Shown in pieces: positions 47,101 to 56,867 of a DNA stretch of 64,000 bases. The position numbers were made by a program, and so were the translations under genes. This DNA is from a virus (Duplodnaviria; Caudoviricetes). The notes below the pieces were generated by a model, which did no database searches, was not told the DNA's origin, and saw only the letters and a program-made list of their open reading frames with translations. How positions within the stretch are numbered: position 1 is the stretch's first letter; every line of letters starts with the position of its first letter. The stretch lies in IMG/VR virus record IMGVR_UViG_3300028832_000135, positions 6,057 to 70,056 of that record, one strand, 5' to 3'.

Positions 47101-47821
47101 TGTCTGATATTCAATGAACGGCAACAACTTCTCTGCCATATGGCTTGCCATTTCTTTTAGAGTCGCCTCACAAGCACCCTTTTCACCCAATGTGTAAACG
47201 GCCTCTCTTGGAGTTATAACGCTACCCACAATCGTTGTTATGTTCATATGACTTACTTCAAGTCTTATAGGTATATTATCCTCGTTAAGACGATATACCG
47301 CACCGCAACTCAAACAAGTAAGTGTTGCTCTGTCTATGCGTCCACCGCAAGTCTTGCATTGCATCAATTCAAGTTTGCTCATCTTCCGACACCTCATCAT
47401 TTGGAATAACCTTTGCGTTACGAACACCCGGTAACAGTTTTCCCTTGTAGGTTCCTCCGCACACCGGGCACTCTCTGCGGGGTGATGACTCAAAAGCATT
47501 GCAATGAGAACACTTATACCCACTTATCTCTTGAGTAAACTTTGGGCCTCGTATTCGCTTTACGCCTTTAAGCCAAGTAATAATCATCGTTACTCCTCAT
47601 AAGCCACCATATGTATCTTCTTGACCGCAGTATTTCCCTTATACCGATTAAGGTGTCCAGTTTGAAGATTAACAACGGGGACAGTAAACACTTCGTCTTG
47701 CGTCAAATAAGCAGTGTTATTCTCTATTCTCATATAGATTTTGCCGTTATCATCAAAGATATCACCAACGGCAAGGTCACAAACATTAAACTTCCTATTT
47801 GAACCCAAAATAACTTCCATA

Positions 47822-48043
47822 TCAAAAACCTCCGAATTTTATATCTGATTTTTTCTGTTTATCCTCAATAGGCGTTGACCGCTCATAATGGGTCAACGCT
47901 CTTCTGAGTTCACTTATCTCTTGCTCTTGCGACTTAATGATACTGTTTGTCGTTATCGTATATCCGATAAACCCAATCACTATCACCAACACGGAAACAA
48001 ATATAATAGTTGTAAGGATTAAATTCATACTCAAATCTCCCAC
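47822..48043 (-). CDS. Small membrane protein with coiled coil
   Basis: Single TM helix. Confidence 0.65.
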   Translation of the reverse strand: MGDLSMNLILTTIIFVSVLVIVIGFIGYTITTNSIIKSQEQEISELRRALTHYERSTPIEDKQKKSDIKFGGF

Positions 48044-48624
48044 TTACTATCAGATGTGTCCTTAATAGGCTCTGTACGGCTCTCTAATGCTTTCTCAATA
48101 GTTCTGAATGTCTTTAGGTCAACCTTGCCATAAACGACTTCCAGGGGGTCGCCTGTGCCGTTAAACAGATAGTCGGATAACTTCTCATACTCATCATAAT
48201 CAACCTTTTTATAGGTCGCTCTAAGAATATCAGAACAAATTGCTCTGTCTTCTGTTATGGTCTTATACTCCGACACGGTAACTGGTGGAACGGTCGGCTC
48301 TGACTCCTCATTAGCGTTAAGCTGCGATTTATGCCTATTGCCCGCACTTGCCTTAAGGGTCTTAACCTTTTCTGCGTCCCACGCATTATGGGCATTACGA
48401 AACTCACGGGCACCAAGAATGGGGTCAACCTCAAAAAATTCACACATCTGCTTGATGATGTCATCTTTAGGAAGTAAATATCCTGAAAGGTATGCCCCCA
48501 TTGATGCTCTGCTCACGCCAAAGAGTTTTGCCAACTCAACGATAGTGATGTTGTTCTCAACTCTCTTCTTATTCCAAAAAGTGCTCTTAAAAGTGTATGC
48601 GGTACTACGTGCTCCCATTTTCAA
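48031..48624 (-). CDS. XRE/Cro-type HTH protein
   Basis: ITIVELAKLFGVSRASMGAYLSG...P. Confidence 0.8.
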   Translation of the reverse strand: MKMGARSTAYTFKSTFWNKKRVENNITIVELAKLFGVSRASMGAYLSGYLLPKDDIIKQMCEFFEVDPILGAREFRNAHNAWDAEKVKTLKASAGNRHKSQLNANEESEPTVPPVTVSEYKTITEDRAICSDILRATYKKVDYDEYEKLSDYLFNGTGDPLEVVYGKVDLKTFRTIEKALESRTEPIKDTSDSKWEI

Positions 48625-48638
48625 CTTTCTCCTTTATG

Positions 48639-48833
48639 TTATCTATTGGATAATTCAACATCAACAAATCCGTCATTCTTACGGATATAGGGTACGACAT
48701 TCTCTGTCTTATCCCCATTAGAGTCACGAATGATAATATCTCCATTTACGACATTATTATTCAATGCCCACTCATATAACTCTGCGACTGTCATTGTGAG
48801 GTCCTCCTTATGCCTTATCTGCCTGTGTACCAA
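48639..48833 (-). CDS. Small hypothetical protein (likely start MTVAELY)
   Basis: SD AGGAGG. Confidence 0.55.
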   Translation of the reverse strand: MVHRQIRHKEDLTMTVAELYEWALNNNVVNGDIIIRDSNGDKTENVVPYIRKNDGFVDVELSNR

Positions 48834-49137
48834 CGGGTACTACCTGACCCCAAGTAAAGAATGACAATGTTTCGATTGTCTTCTTTGCATATCTGACGCT
48901 ATTAACGATGCACTGACCAACATTATGCTCACCGTGGATTACTTCATATCCGCTTGCAAGCCACTGTCCATATGTCTTTGCCTCTTCACCGATTGTTTCA
49001 ATGGTTGTCTTTACAGCCTTTGCATTTGCCCAAGCCTTCTTAAGGCAAACTGACCAGGTACCCATTCTGCCGTCTGCGAAAAACTTATGAGCCTGTGTCA
49101 TAATGGTCTTCTTGTTGTACTTTACTACGATTTTCAT
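48808..49137 (-). CDS. Hypothetical early protein
   Basis: IMTQAH...CLKKAWANAK; own promoter. Confidence 0.7.
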   Translation of the reverse strand: MKIVVKYNKKTIMTQAHKFFADGRMGTWSVCLKKAWANAKAVKTTIETIGEEAKTYGQWLASGYEVIHGEHNVGQCIVNSVRYAKKTIETLSFFTWGQVVPVGTQADKA

Positions 49138-49193
49138 TGTCTTTTCCTCCGTTTTTATGCTTTTCGAGTTTTTAAGTTCTTGCTTATGGCTTA

Positions 49194-49221
49194 ATTATAC
49201 ATTAGTACCAATGAAAGTCAA
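49194..49221 (-). promoter_or_regulatory. Early-class promoter TTGACT-TTCATTGGTACTAATG-TATAAT
   Basis: Read directly. Confidence 0.75.
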
Positions 49222-49227
49222 TATGTC

Positions 49228-50526
49228 TTAGAACACTTTTTTGGAGTCATTGTACTTTTGCTTGCTATCGCTTGTGGTTGACGCATTTGTACGCCTTGAA
49301 GTTGCTCTGCTATCATTAGGTACATATGTAAATTCTCCATTATCAATATTCCATAAATAATTAAGTTTACCGCCCAATGCACCAAAACGGTTCTTCTTGA
49401 CATTCATCTCAAGAACTCCGTCTGTCTTCTGCTTAAGTGAGATTACTCTTGTGGCATTGTGGGCAATTCCGTCACTATCTCTGATATGCTCAAGTTCGGG
49501 TGTGCCGTCATCATCTGCACTACTGACACCACCTCTGTTTGCCTGGACAACGACAAGGACCGGGACACCTAACTCAACCGACATCTCCATAAGGTCTTCA
49601 CTTATGTTTGTAAGAGCCGTGGTTGCATTGTCATTCTTTTTACCACGCTCATCTGTAAGATACTTAATGCCGTCAATGGCAATCAAGTCCAAACTATTCT
49701 GCTTTATCCAACTCCTTAACTTACTTACGGTTATCTCTCGGTTGAAATCCGCGGGGGTCGCAACCATAAACTTGTTCTTGTGCTCCCGGAGCTTATCAGT
49801 GTAGTCCGGGTACCCTTCTTCATCTCCGCCATACATCAGGTGCTTGTTACTAAAATGGTTGAGCACGGTATCAAAACGGAAACCGACCATATTGGCTGAC
49901 ATTTCGGGTGAAACATACCCCACATTAAATCCAGTCTTCCAGACGTGGGCACATACGGTAATCAAAATCCAAGATTTACCCTGTCCGAGTCTTGCAACGA
50001 ATACCATAAACTCTTCTCCACGCTGTATGCCGTGAATGATGTCATCAAGTTCCTTGAAACCGCTCTCAAAGTAAAAGTTCTTCTGATTGGCTTTGCGGTC
50101 TTCATACTCTTTCTGTCTTTCGGTCGCTTTCTGAATGATGTCCGTGCCGCTGATATAGTAAGTGGGTTGTAGCACCTGGGACTGGCTCGCCAGGTATTCA
50201 TTTGCCATATTGGCATCGGTCTGCAACAACTTCGCATACTGTTGAAGTATGTTTGCTGAATTGGCATAAAGATACTCTTCCCTAAGTGTATCAACAAGAT
50301 AAGCGTCTGACTCATTAACGGCATCAATCCAACACTTCTTAAACTCTGCAAACTTCGCCAAGAATGTTTCGGGGTCGGGCACATTACCATACTTCTCATA
50401 GTGGGTCTTGATGAAGTTGAACTCCTCTTCAAACCCTATGAAGTGGTTTACGGTAAGCATATTGTCTTCAATGATTGAATAATTTGATGTCTGTATGACC
50501 TTACACAAAATCTGCTCGGCTACCAT
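49228..50526 (-). CDS. dnaB: Replicative helicase, DnaB-like
   Basis: ARLGQGKS; SPEM; IDG; VVQANR; DSDGIAH; KNRFG. Confidence 0.92.
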   Translation of the reverse strand: MVAEQILCKVIQTSNYSIIEDNMLTVNHFIGFEEEFNFIKTHYEKYGNVPDPETFLAKFAEFKKCWIDAVNESDAYLVDTLREEYLYANSANILQQYAKLLQTDANMANEYLASQSQVLQPTYYISGTDIIQKATERQKEYEDRKANQKNFYFESGFKELDDIIHGIQRGEEFMVFVARLGQGKSWILITVCAHVWKTGFNVGYVSPEMSANMVGFRFDTVLNHFSNKHLMYGGDEEGYPDYTDKLREHKNKFMVATPADFNREITVSKLRSWIKQNSLDLIAIDGIKYLTDERGKKNDNATTALTNISEDLMEMSVELGVPVLVVVQANRGGVSSADDDGTPELEHIRDSDGIAHNATRVISLKQKTDGVLEMNVKKNRFGALGGKLNYLWNIDNGEFTYVPNDSRATSRRTNASTTSDSKQKYNDSKKVF

Positions 50527-51191
50527 TATCTTCTCTCCCCGCCATAAAACTGTATTACTTCGGTGTTGCTATTCCATACCCGGCTCGTTATCTTCGCCCC
50601 TAATGCGTCCAACAGGCTCTCTCGCTGCGAGATATTACCAGTGAATATGTTTGATAGTCCTTTGAACTCCCGTGCGTCTAAACACATAAGAAGTTGGGTA
50701 TAGTCGTAGTTACTCATTGTAACACCTGCTATATCGTCCCACACAACCAAATCCACGTCCATTACGAGTCGCTTAAGTTCTTCAAACTCAGCATCAGTAG
50801 ATTTGAAGTCCTTGCACTTCGCCAGGAATGTAGGCACGTGAACGATAACTCCTCTTGCCCGGAACCCGTTGCCGTCCCATACCTCATCAAAGTATTTCAT
50901 CAATATCTTCAATGCCCAAGATGTCTTGCCGTTGCCAACAATCTCACTTGTGATATACAGATTGCGTCCGCACTCCACGAACTCGACTATATTATTCTTT
51001 ATGTCCTCAAGCATACAAAACGCTTCATAATCACACTCATAAGGGGTTAGTATGATTGGTTTCTGCTTGTTTTTCGGTATATTGCTATGTTCCATTAGGA
51101 ACTTCATCTCTGCAAATCTACCGCAAGTCTTATCGCAATCCTCTCTAAAGTTGGAACAAACTTCTTTGTACCAACAATCAAAATTGCACAT
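50526..51191 (-). CDS. dnaC: DnaC/IstB-like helicase loader
   Basis: VGNGKTS; VVWDDI; IFTGN; ITSR. Confidence 0.85.
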   Translation of the reverse strand: MCNFDCWYKEVCSNFREDCDKTCGRFAEMKFLMEHSNIPKNKQKPIILTPYECDYEAFCMLEDIKNNIVEFVECGRNLYITSEIVGNGKTSWALKILMKYFDEVWDGNGFRARGVIVHVPTFLAKCKDFKSTDAEFEELKRLVMDVDLVVWDDIAGVTMSNYDYTQLLMCLDAREFKGLSNIFTGNISQRESLLDALGAKITSRVWNSNTEVIQFYGGERR

Positions 51192-52035
51192 TCATTGCCT
51201 CCTCGTTACTTCTTACCGATTTTACCTGTCCATACTCGCTAAAGACACTCTTATCTTGACCGCCTTTATATGTCTTGTTATATGTCTTTACTTCAAAGAA
51301 ACCCTTGTAACCTCTGTTGATACTCTGCTGCACTATCTCAATCTGTGTAGCCGTGTCCCCGGATAATTTTTTCAGATTGTTGAGAAGTCCTAACCATTGT
51401 CCTCTAAATATTGGAGTCATCTCTAACCTCATCTTGAGATAAGTAGTTAGCACCTCTCTTAATTCTTCATTATCTGTGAACTTCTCTATCTCTTCCACAC
51501 ATTGTTCCCATCTACTTTTCTTCTTTCTTGGATTAGAGGGTGTTGCAATATCTATGGAATTGTCAGTTTTTATTAAAGGTGTCTTAAGAGTACACGAAGT
51601 GTGCTCTACTGATACGGTAGTATCAGTATTATTTATTTCTTTAGTATTTAATATATTAGTATTTAATTGGGACTGTTTAGCCACTAATGGCTCAACCACT
51701 GGTGGTTTTTCCCCTTGTGGTTCACATTCAATGTTTTCAAGGGTTTTAGGGTTTTCATATATGTCATACTGCCAATCTCGAATGACACCTTTTTCACGAA
51801 TTGATGTTCTCTTTAGATAGCCATTTTCTTCAAGTTCTTTCAATGCACTTTTAACCGCATCTTCACCGTCTGTCGAAAGAGTTGACAATCCTTTAGCGTT
51901 ATAATCCCAGTTCTCTGGCAATGACAACATTATTGATAAGAGTCCTTTAGCCTTTAAGGATAATCTTGTGTCCTTAAAATGAAAGTTTGACATCACTGTA
52001 TAGTTTTCTGTTTTATGAACTCTGAATACTGACAT
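51178..52035 (-). CDS. Replication initiator (N-terminal winged helix)
   Basis: MSVFRVHKTENYTVMSN...LSLKAKGLL...LPENW; start at 52035. Confidence 0.85.
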   Translation of the reverse strand: MSVFRVHKTENYTVMSNFHFKDTRLSLKAKGLLSIMLSLPENWDYNAKGLSTLSTDGEDAVKSALKELEENGYLKRTSIREKGVIRDWQYDIYENPKTLENIECEPQGEKPPVVEPLVAKQSQLNTNILNTKEINNTDTTVSVEHTSCTLKTPLIKTDNSIDIATPSNPRKKKSRWEQCVEEIEKFTDNEELREVLTTYLKMRLEMTPIFRGQWLGLLNNLKKLSGDTATQIEIVQQSINRGYKGFFEVKTYNKTYKGGQDKSVFSEYGQVKSVRSNEEAMNVQF

Positions 52036-52039
52036 ATGA

Positions 52040-52261
52040 TTAACTCCTCCCACGCACATCTTGTTCAGTTTTGATGTTCTGCAACCTGATAGTGTCATCA
52101 TAATTATTACAATACACCGTAAGGTCATCAATTATCTGTGTAACTTTGCTCGGAAGTAATTTAATACCGTGTCCATTAACATATGGAATATATCTACCAG
52201 TATCATCATCTTTTATTAAAAATATAGGATTACTCATACAGCATCTCCTTAAAATGAGCAA
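52040..52261 (-). CDS. Hypothetical protein
   Basis: SD AAGGAG; likely start MSNPIF. Confidence 0.5.
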   Translation of the reverse strand: MLILRRCCMSNPIFLIKDDDTGRYIPYVNGHGIKLLPSKVTQIIDDLTVYCNNYDDTIRLQNIKTEQDVRGRS

Positions 52262-52496
52262 GAAAAAAGGTCTGTATCAAAAATGTTGGGTAAGAACAAA
52301 TCTGATATTAGACCTCAATCTTGCATTTCTGCGTGTCGGTTATGTATTTGTAAGAACAGTTATGTGCTTACCCCACACAACCGACTATTGCTTACTTGTC
52401 GGCAAGACTTTGGTTTACTTGACGAGCCGTAGTTACGGGTCTTGTAAATTACTTGTCGTGCACCCAAGTAAAGTCTACCTTTCGGTAGATGACTTA

Positions 52497-52524
52497 ATTA
52501 TATCAACTCAAATGATATAATCAA
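52497..52524 (-). promoter_or_regulatory. Promoter TTGATT-16-TATAAT with inverted repeat TATATCA/TGATATA
   Basis: Read directly; followed by a structured leader. Confidence 0.6.
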
Positions 52525-53608
52525 CCCCTTTTATTGAATGTGTTGTAAATAAGTTCTGCCTGATTTTCAACCTCGGCATTAACTGCGTTCCACAAGGCAA
52601 TCTTTTCCTGTTCGATGTCAACATCTTCAAGGTCCGGGATTGCTCTCTCCTCGGAAAACTCTACCGTGAAGTAGTTGTCTCTCACCTTAAGACTCATTCT
52701 GCTTGTAGCCTGGATTTTCGTGATTACCGCTTTCGGTTCATAACTCTCTGCCATTTTCATCATTCTCCTTTTCATTGTTTTCGTGTCGTACCTCGACACC
52801 GTGATATGTTGCAATCCTTATAAGGACTACTACCAAAACTATAAATGTTACAAAAATGCCGCACAAGCACCCACTTAAGAATATCTGCCACGGTTGTAAA
52901 TACATCTTACTTCCCCTTTATCTTCTTATATGTCAGAGCATTTGTAACTGTCTTTGTTCGGCACTTGTTGATGTCTTCAATAAGGGACTCTGGTAAAGCC
53001 TCTGAGTTCCTATAAATGAAACCCTCAAGTGCATCTTCATCAATGATTTCAACTTGCTTGATAAACGGACAAGGCTCATTTGGGTGGTCTTTCTGCCAAT
53101 ACTTCTTAAGCACGATAAGCAACTTAAGTGGGTCAATTTCGTCTTTAGTGCGTGTTTCCAAGGTGACGATATATTTGTCTGTGCACACCTCTTTCGCATT
53201 GCCGTTAATCATCTCTTGCTTGATTTTATCGTTAAGTGCTTTGATGTCTTTATTAAGGGTCTTCTCGGCCTCCTTGCTATCGCAATAAAGGTTAATCTTT
53301 TCTAAAGTAGTGAGTTCTCCTGCCATACTTTACTTCTCCTTTTTCTTGACATACTTCTGAGTTACATCACCCATAATGCCATTACGACCTTGTGGTAATG
53401 AGTCACGGAACTCAATCATCTTCCATATGTCAGAATACTTCCAACGCCTTGCGTTATGCGGCCCGACTCTCTCAAACTCCGGGAGAAGTTTCGCCAGTTC
53501 GTGCTCCGGGTGTAGTGCTTTCCACCTATACCAGGAAGAAATGGTTGGAACAGAACTCTTTATAAGCACCGCAACCTCTTGTACGCTTAGTGTCTTGTCA
53601 TTACTCAT
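52521..53608 (-). CDS. Three early ORFs (52521-52814, 52907-53326, 53330-53608); the last is a MerR/excisionase-like HTH
   Basis: ORF track; LSVQEVAVLIKSSVPTISSWYR. Confidence 0.7.
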
Positions 53609-53620
53609 TGCTATACCTCC

Positions 53621-55330
53621 TTAATTGAGTAAGTAGTCCAATATCTGCCGTCTGTCACCGACAATCTTGCCGTCTATCAGTTCGTCAGACATCTTGCCTT
53701 TTGAGTACACTATTTCGTGTATTCTTTCGTCTATCGTGTCCTTAGTGAGAAGTGTGTAAATGGTTACATTCTCATTCGTACCTATTCTATGGCAACGGTC
53801 TATTGCCTGATTTTTCATTGCGGCCGTCCACGGCTCATCAAGGAAAATCTCTACCGTGCCCGCGGTAAGAGTAAGTCCAGTTCCCATTGCACCAATTGTA
53901 CCGATAATGACCTTAACATTGGGGTCAGTTTGGAACGCATCAACATTCGCTTGCCTGTCCGGGTCAGATGTTTCACCCGTAATGGAAACGCTCTTATACT
54001 TATTCTTAAGCCTTTTCTCGGCCTCGTCCGTTATCTGCGTCCAATTAGAAAAGATAACGACCTTACGACCATTGGCAACCGCATCATCAACCAACTCTTC
54101 CATACGGTCAAGTTTTGCAGATACTTCAATCTCCGTTGAGAGAATACCTGTGTAGCCTGTTGCCTGTCTGAGTCTTATGAGCTGCGATAAAGGATTGGGT
54201 GTTTCCGCAATCTTGTCAACATTAAGTCTGATGTCATCAAGGATTTCCTGATAAATCTTCTCTTGAGGTCTGCTCATCTCAACATACTCATCAATAAAAA
54301 TCTTCTCGGGTAAATCGAAAACATCTTCCTTAAGTCTGCGTAACATCATAACATCAAGGTACTTCTGCAGTTCTTCCTTATTCTTATATCCTATAATCTG
54401 ATAGTTACCAAAACCGCCCATAACCGCATAGTGGTTCTTGAACGCATAAAAAGAATGGTTCTCATAGCCTAACCACTTAAGAATGATATATAGGTCAAGT
54501 GGGGTGTTAAGAATGGGGGTGCCAGTCATTGCAATCTTGTCTTCTGCATTTAACTTGAGAATACCCTTGCCCTGTTGTGAGGTTGCGTCCTTGCATCTAT
54601 GGATTTCATCAATGGCAATCATATCAATTACCTTATCCTTGCAAAGAGCCTTAAGAGCATCGGCAATTTTTTCATCTCTCAATGACTCAACATTAGTGAT
54701 TATGAAATACGGCAATTCATCAATTCTCTGAATGTCTGCCAACTTATCTGCATTGGTAATGGTCTTAACCTTGCCCTTGCCGTTCTTCTTATCTCTCCAA
54801 CCAAGTATATGCCCGGTTTCATTGGAGTGCTTTGCAATCTCATTAAACCAGTTGTACTTGAGTCCATTAACACCACAGACTATAAGGCAATGCTTATAGC
54901 CGTACATCTGTTTCTTTGCCAACGCAATATTTATTACCTGCCAAGTCTTTCCGAGTCCCTGTTCATCACCCAAGAGCCAAGCATCGTGAGCGAGTCCATA
55001 GTTAAACCCGTCAATTTGGTGGTCAAATGGTTTTGTTTTGAAGTCAAACGAAATATTAGGTGCTTTCTTTTCTTCCAAAGCACCTAATTCTCCTTTAAGT
55101 TGGAACTCATAATTACTTAATGAGTCCACGAATGTTGTAAGGTCAGCAAGGGGTACTTCCCACTCTTTCTCTGCCTTATGCCATACTCCCTGAGACAAAG
55201 TATGCACTACGGATATAATGGTTTCATCATAGGAAGATGAAATGAAAAGTCCGTACTTACCTGACACTTTATCTGCTTTCCTAATGTCAATAGTAATCAT
55301 ATTCTGCCTCCTTTCTTTTGTTGCAAACAT
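53621..55330 (-). CDS. SNF2-family helicase/ATPase
   Basis: DEQGLGKT; IDEIH; TGTP; QLIRLRQ; GTGLTL; QAIDRCHRIG. Confidence 0.95.
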   Translation of the reverse strand: MFATKERRQNMITIDIRKADKVSGKYGLFISSSYDETIISVVHTLSQGVWHKAEKEWEVPLADLTTFVDSLSNYEFQLKGELGALEEKKAPNISFDFKTKPFDHQIDGFNYGLAHDAWLLGDEQGLGKTWQVINIALAKKQMYGYKHCLIVCGVNGLKYNWFNEIAKHSNETGHILGWRDKKNGKGKVKTITNADKLADIQRIDELPYFIITNVESLRDEKIADALKALCKDKVIDMIAIDEIHRCKDATSQQGKGILKLNAEDKIAMTGTPILNTPLDLYIILKWLGYENHSFYAFKNHYAVMGGFGNYQIIGYKNKEELQKYLDVMMLRRLKEDVFDLPEKIFIDEYVEMSRPQEKIYQEILDDIRLNVDKIAETPNPLSQLIRLRQATGYTGILSTEIEVSAKLDRMEELVDDAVANGRKVVIFSNWTQITDEAEKRLKNKYKSVSITGETSDPDRQANVDAFQTDPNVKVIIGTIGAMGTGLTLTAGTVEIFLDEPWTAAMKNQAIDRCHRIGTNENVTIYTLLTKDTIDERIHEIVYSKGKMSDELIDGKIVGDRRQILDYLLN

Positions 55331-55357
55331 TATAATCTATCGTTTTTAGAAAGTCAA
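55329..55357 (-). promoter_or_regulatory. Promoter TTGACT-17-TATAAT for SNF2 operon
   Basis: Read directly. Confidence 0.7.
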
Positions 55358-55360
55358 TAA

Positions 55361-55450
55361 TCATTCATTCCAATGTTCAATGCTCATCTTAAATGCCTGA
55401 AATGTGACTAATGCAAAGAAAAATAAGATTAACATATCTAAAGGTGACAT
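55361..55450 (-). CDS. 29-aa hydrophobic peptide MSPLDMLILFFFALVTFQAFKMSIEHWNE
   Basis: SD AAAGGAG; promoter TTGACA-17-TATTCT at 55487-55515. Confidence 0.55.
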   Translation of the reverse strand: MSPLDMLILFFFALVTFQAFKMSIEHWNE

Positions 55451-55523
55451 AGATTTTCTCCTTTCAAGTGTTCTAATGATAATGCAAGAATACTATATAG
55501 TATAATGTTTGTCAACAAGCACA

Positions 55524-55551
55524 CAAAAAGCGGGTTATGGCAACCCGCTTT
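55524..55551 (-). terminator. Terminator ending the late/lysis transcript
   Basis: AAAGCGGGTT/AACCCGCTTT stem followed by T tract. Confidence 0.8.
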
Positions 55552-55588
55552 CTGCACAGTATGGAATATGGAGGTGAAAATAAATGAG

Positions 55589-55975
55589 TTATTCTGCTTC
55601 TCTTGACGGACGCATTGCCGTTAGTTTACAAGATATACCTGTACCAATAAATGTACCATCTGGTTTAACGAGTTTTACCCCGTCTTTAATGCTACTAAAA
55701 TAGCCGTCAAATGCTGATGTCTGATATGGGAGTTGAACGCTATGACTCGGAACTGGCTCTGTCAACTTCCACCACACATCTTGATAGAGTTGTGGATTGT
55801 TGGGTGCGATTATTCCAAGTTGATAATTATAGAATGTGCCAATGACATCTCTATGCAACTCTCCATCTTCGCTACGGTTGGCGGATAAGTCAAGAATATC
55901 ACCTGTGCGCTGCAATCCTATAACCGCAACCTGATACTCAACTCCGTCAATTTGTAACCATTTGCTTACCGCCAT
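55589..55975 (-). CDS. Probable tail-related protein (resembles genes usually found after TMP)
   Basis: IDGVEY.V...R...G.LHRDVIGTFYNY...LTEP...LPY pattern; recalled, not searched. Confidence 0.45.
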   Translation of the reverse strand: MAVSKWLQIDGVEYQVAVIGLQRTGDILDLSANRSEDGELHRDVIGTFYNYQLGIIAPNNPQLYQDVWWKLTEPVPSHSVQLPYQTSAFDGYFSSIKDGVKLVKPDGTFIGTGISCKLTAMRPSREAE

Positions 55976-56043
55976 TATCGTCTCCTACGGCTTGCACCGC
56001 CTCTACTGCGTGTCGCTCTGCGTCTTCTCGTAACTTTCGCCAT
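55975..56043 (-). CDS. 22-aa Arg-rich protamine-like peptide MAKVTRRRRATRSRGGASRRRR
   Basis: SD GAGGGGG; TAATG-coupled to the next gene. Confidence 0.6.
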   Translation of the reverse strand: MAKVTRRRRATRSRGGASRRRR

Positions 56044-56257
56044 TATACAGTTCCCCCTCTAAATCGTGTCCTATATAGTTAGCATTGCCCCCGTCTGCCT
56101 CTACGGAGATTTCATCAATGGGCAAACTAATATACCAGAGAAAACCAATGACAATCGCAATGATTACCACAAGTTCAACGAGAGCAATTATAAACCACCT
56201 ACGATTACTTGCTCTTAATTCTTTTATTAGTTCTGTTGCCAATGGTTGATTTTCCAT
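56003..56257 (-). CDS. Single-pass membrane protein
   Basis: MENQPLATELIKELRASNRRWFII + TM. Confidence 0.75.
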   Translation of the reverse strand: MENQPLATELIKELRASNRRWFIIALVELVVIIAIVIGFLWYISLPIDEISVEADGGNANYIGHDLEGELYNGESYEKTQSDTQ

Positions 56258-56283
56258 ACTGTTGTACCTCAAGTTCATTATAC

Positions 56284-56311
56284 AAAAGGGGTGCTGATTT
56301 CTCAACACCCC
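56284..56311 (-). terminator. Terminator/hairpin with GAAA loop
   Basis: GGGGTGTTGA-GAAA-TCAGCACCCC-TTTT. Confidence 0.75.
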
Positions 56312-56316
56312 AAGTC

Positions 56317-56856
56317 TTACGCCTTGTATTTATCGTGTATGTGCGTTTGTGAGTCAATGATGTACTCCATATCGAACTCAAGTGCGGAAAGGTCAAGGAA
56401 CATCTGTTTAGCACATCTTAATTCCTTTTCAACATCTTGAATGAACTCGTTAATGAAGATAGCACTTGCTACTTCTGCGTCATCATAAAGTTCCAACTGT
56501 GCTTGTTGAAGTTTTGAAAGTGTTGCCGTTTCCCACTTTATCCACTCTGATAATCCGTTTTTAATTGCAGTTCGCTTCGTGTCCGGGTCTACATCGTCTC
56601 TGGTGTATCGGTACCAGGTTTCGGGGATAGCCTTTGGGTCGCTAACCGACTTGTCCATAATCAATCGGTTATAGTGGTCAAGATAGAAACGATTGAGTTT
56701 TCTGTAATTGTTGCTCTCACATCTGAATTGATGTTCGTGAAATTCCGAATAACCTTTAAGAGCCAAGAATTGATAATAATTAGCCATTTGGTCGTGAAAC
56801 ATCATTCCCTTAATGAAGTGAGCGGATAAGTCACTAAATATGTCACTATACGCCAT
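56317..56856 (-). CDS. Ferritin-like four-helix protein
   Basis: FHDQM...HEHQF...E; WIKWE...VEKEL pattern. Confidence 0.6.
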   Translation of the reverse strand: MAYSDIFSDLSAHFIKGMMFHDQMANYYQFLALKGYSEFHEHQFRCESNNYRKLNRFYLDHYNRLIMDKSVSDPKAIPETWYRYTRDDVDPDTKRTAIKNGLSEWIKWETATLSKLQQAQLELYDDAEVASAIFINEFIQDVEKELRCAKQMFLDLSALEFDMEYIIDSQTHIHDKYKA

Positions 56857-56867
56857 TGTACTTCTCC

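Larger units (their letters stand above)
42756..47820 (-). other. Array of ~20 small translationally coupled ORFs (MKIVIDIP-type, CxxC Zn ribbons, Cys-rich)
   Basis: ORF track plus manual reading; ATGA overlaps; repeated junction sequences. Confidence 0.75.

Noticed and set aside
53330-53608. Excisionase implying lysogeny
   Set aside because: MerR-like HTH alone is not diagnostic and no integrase is visible
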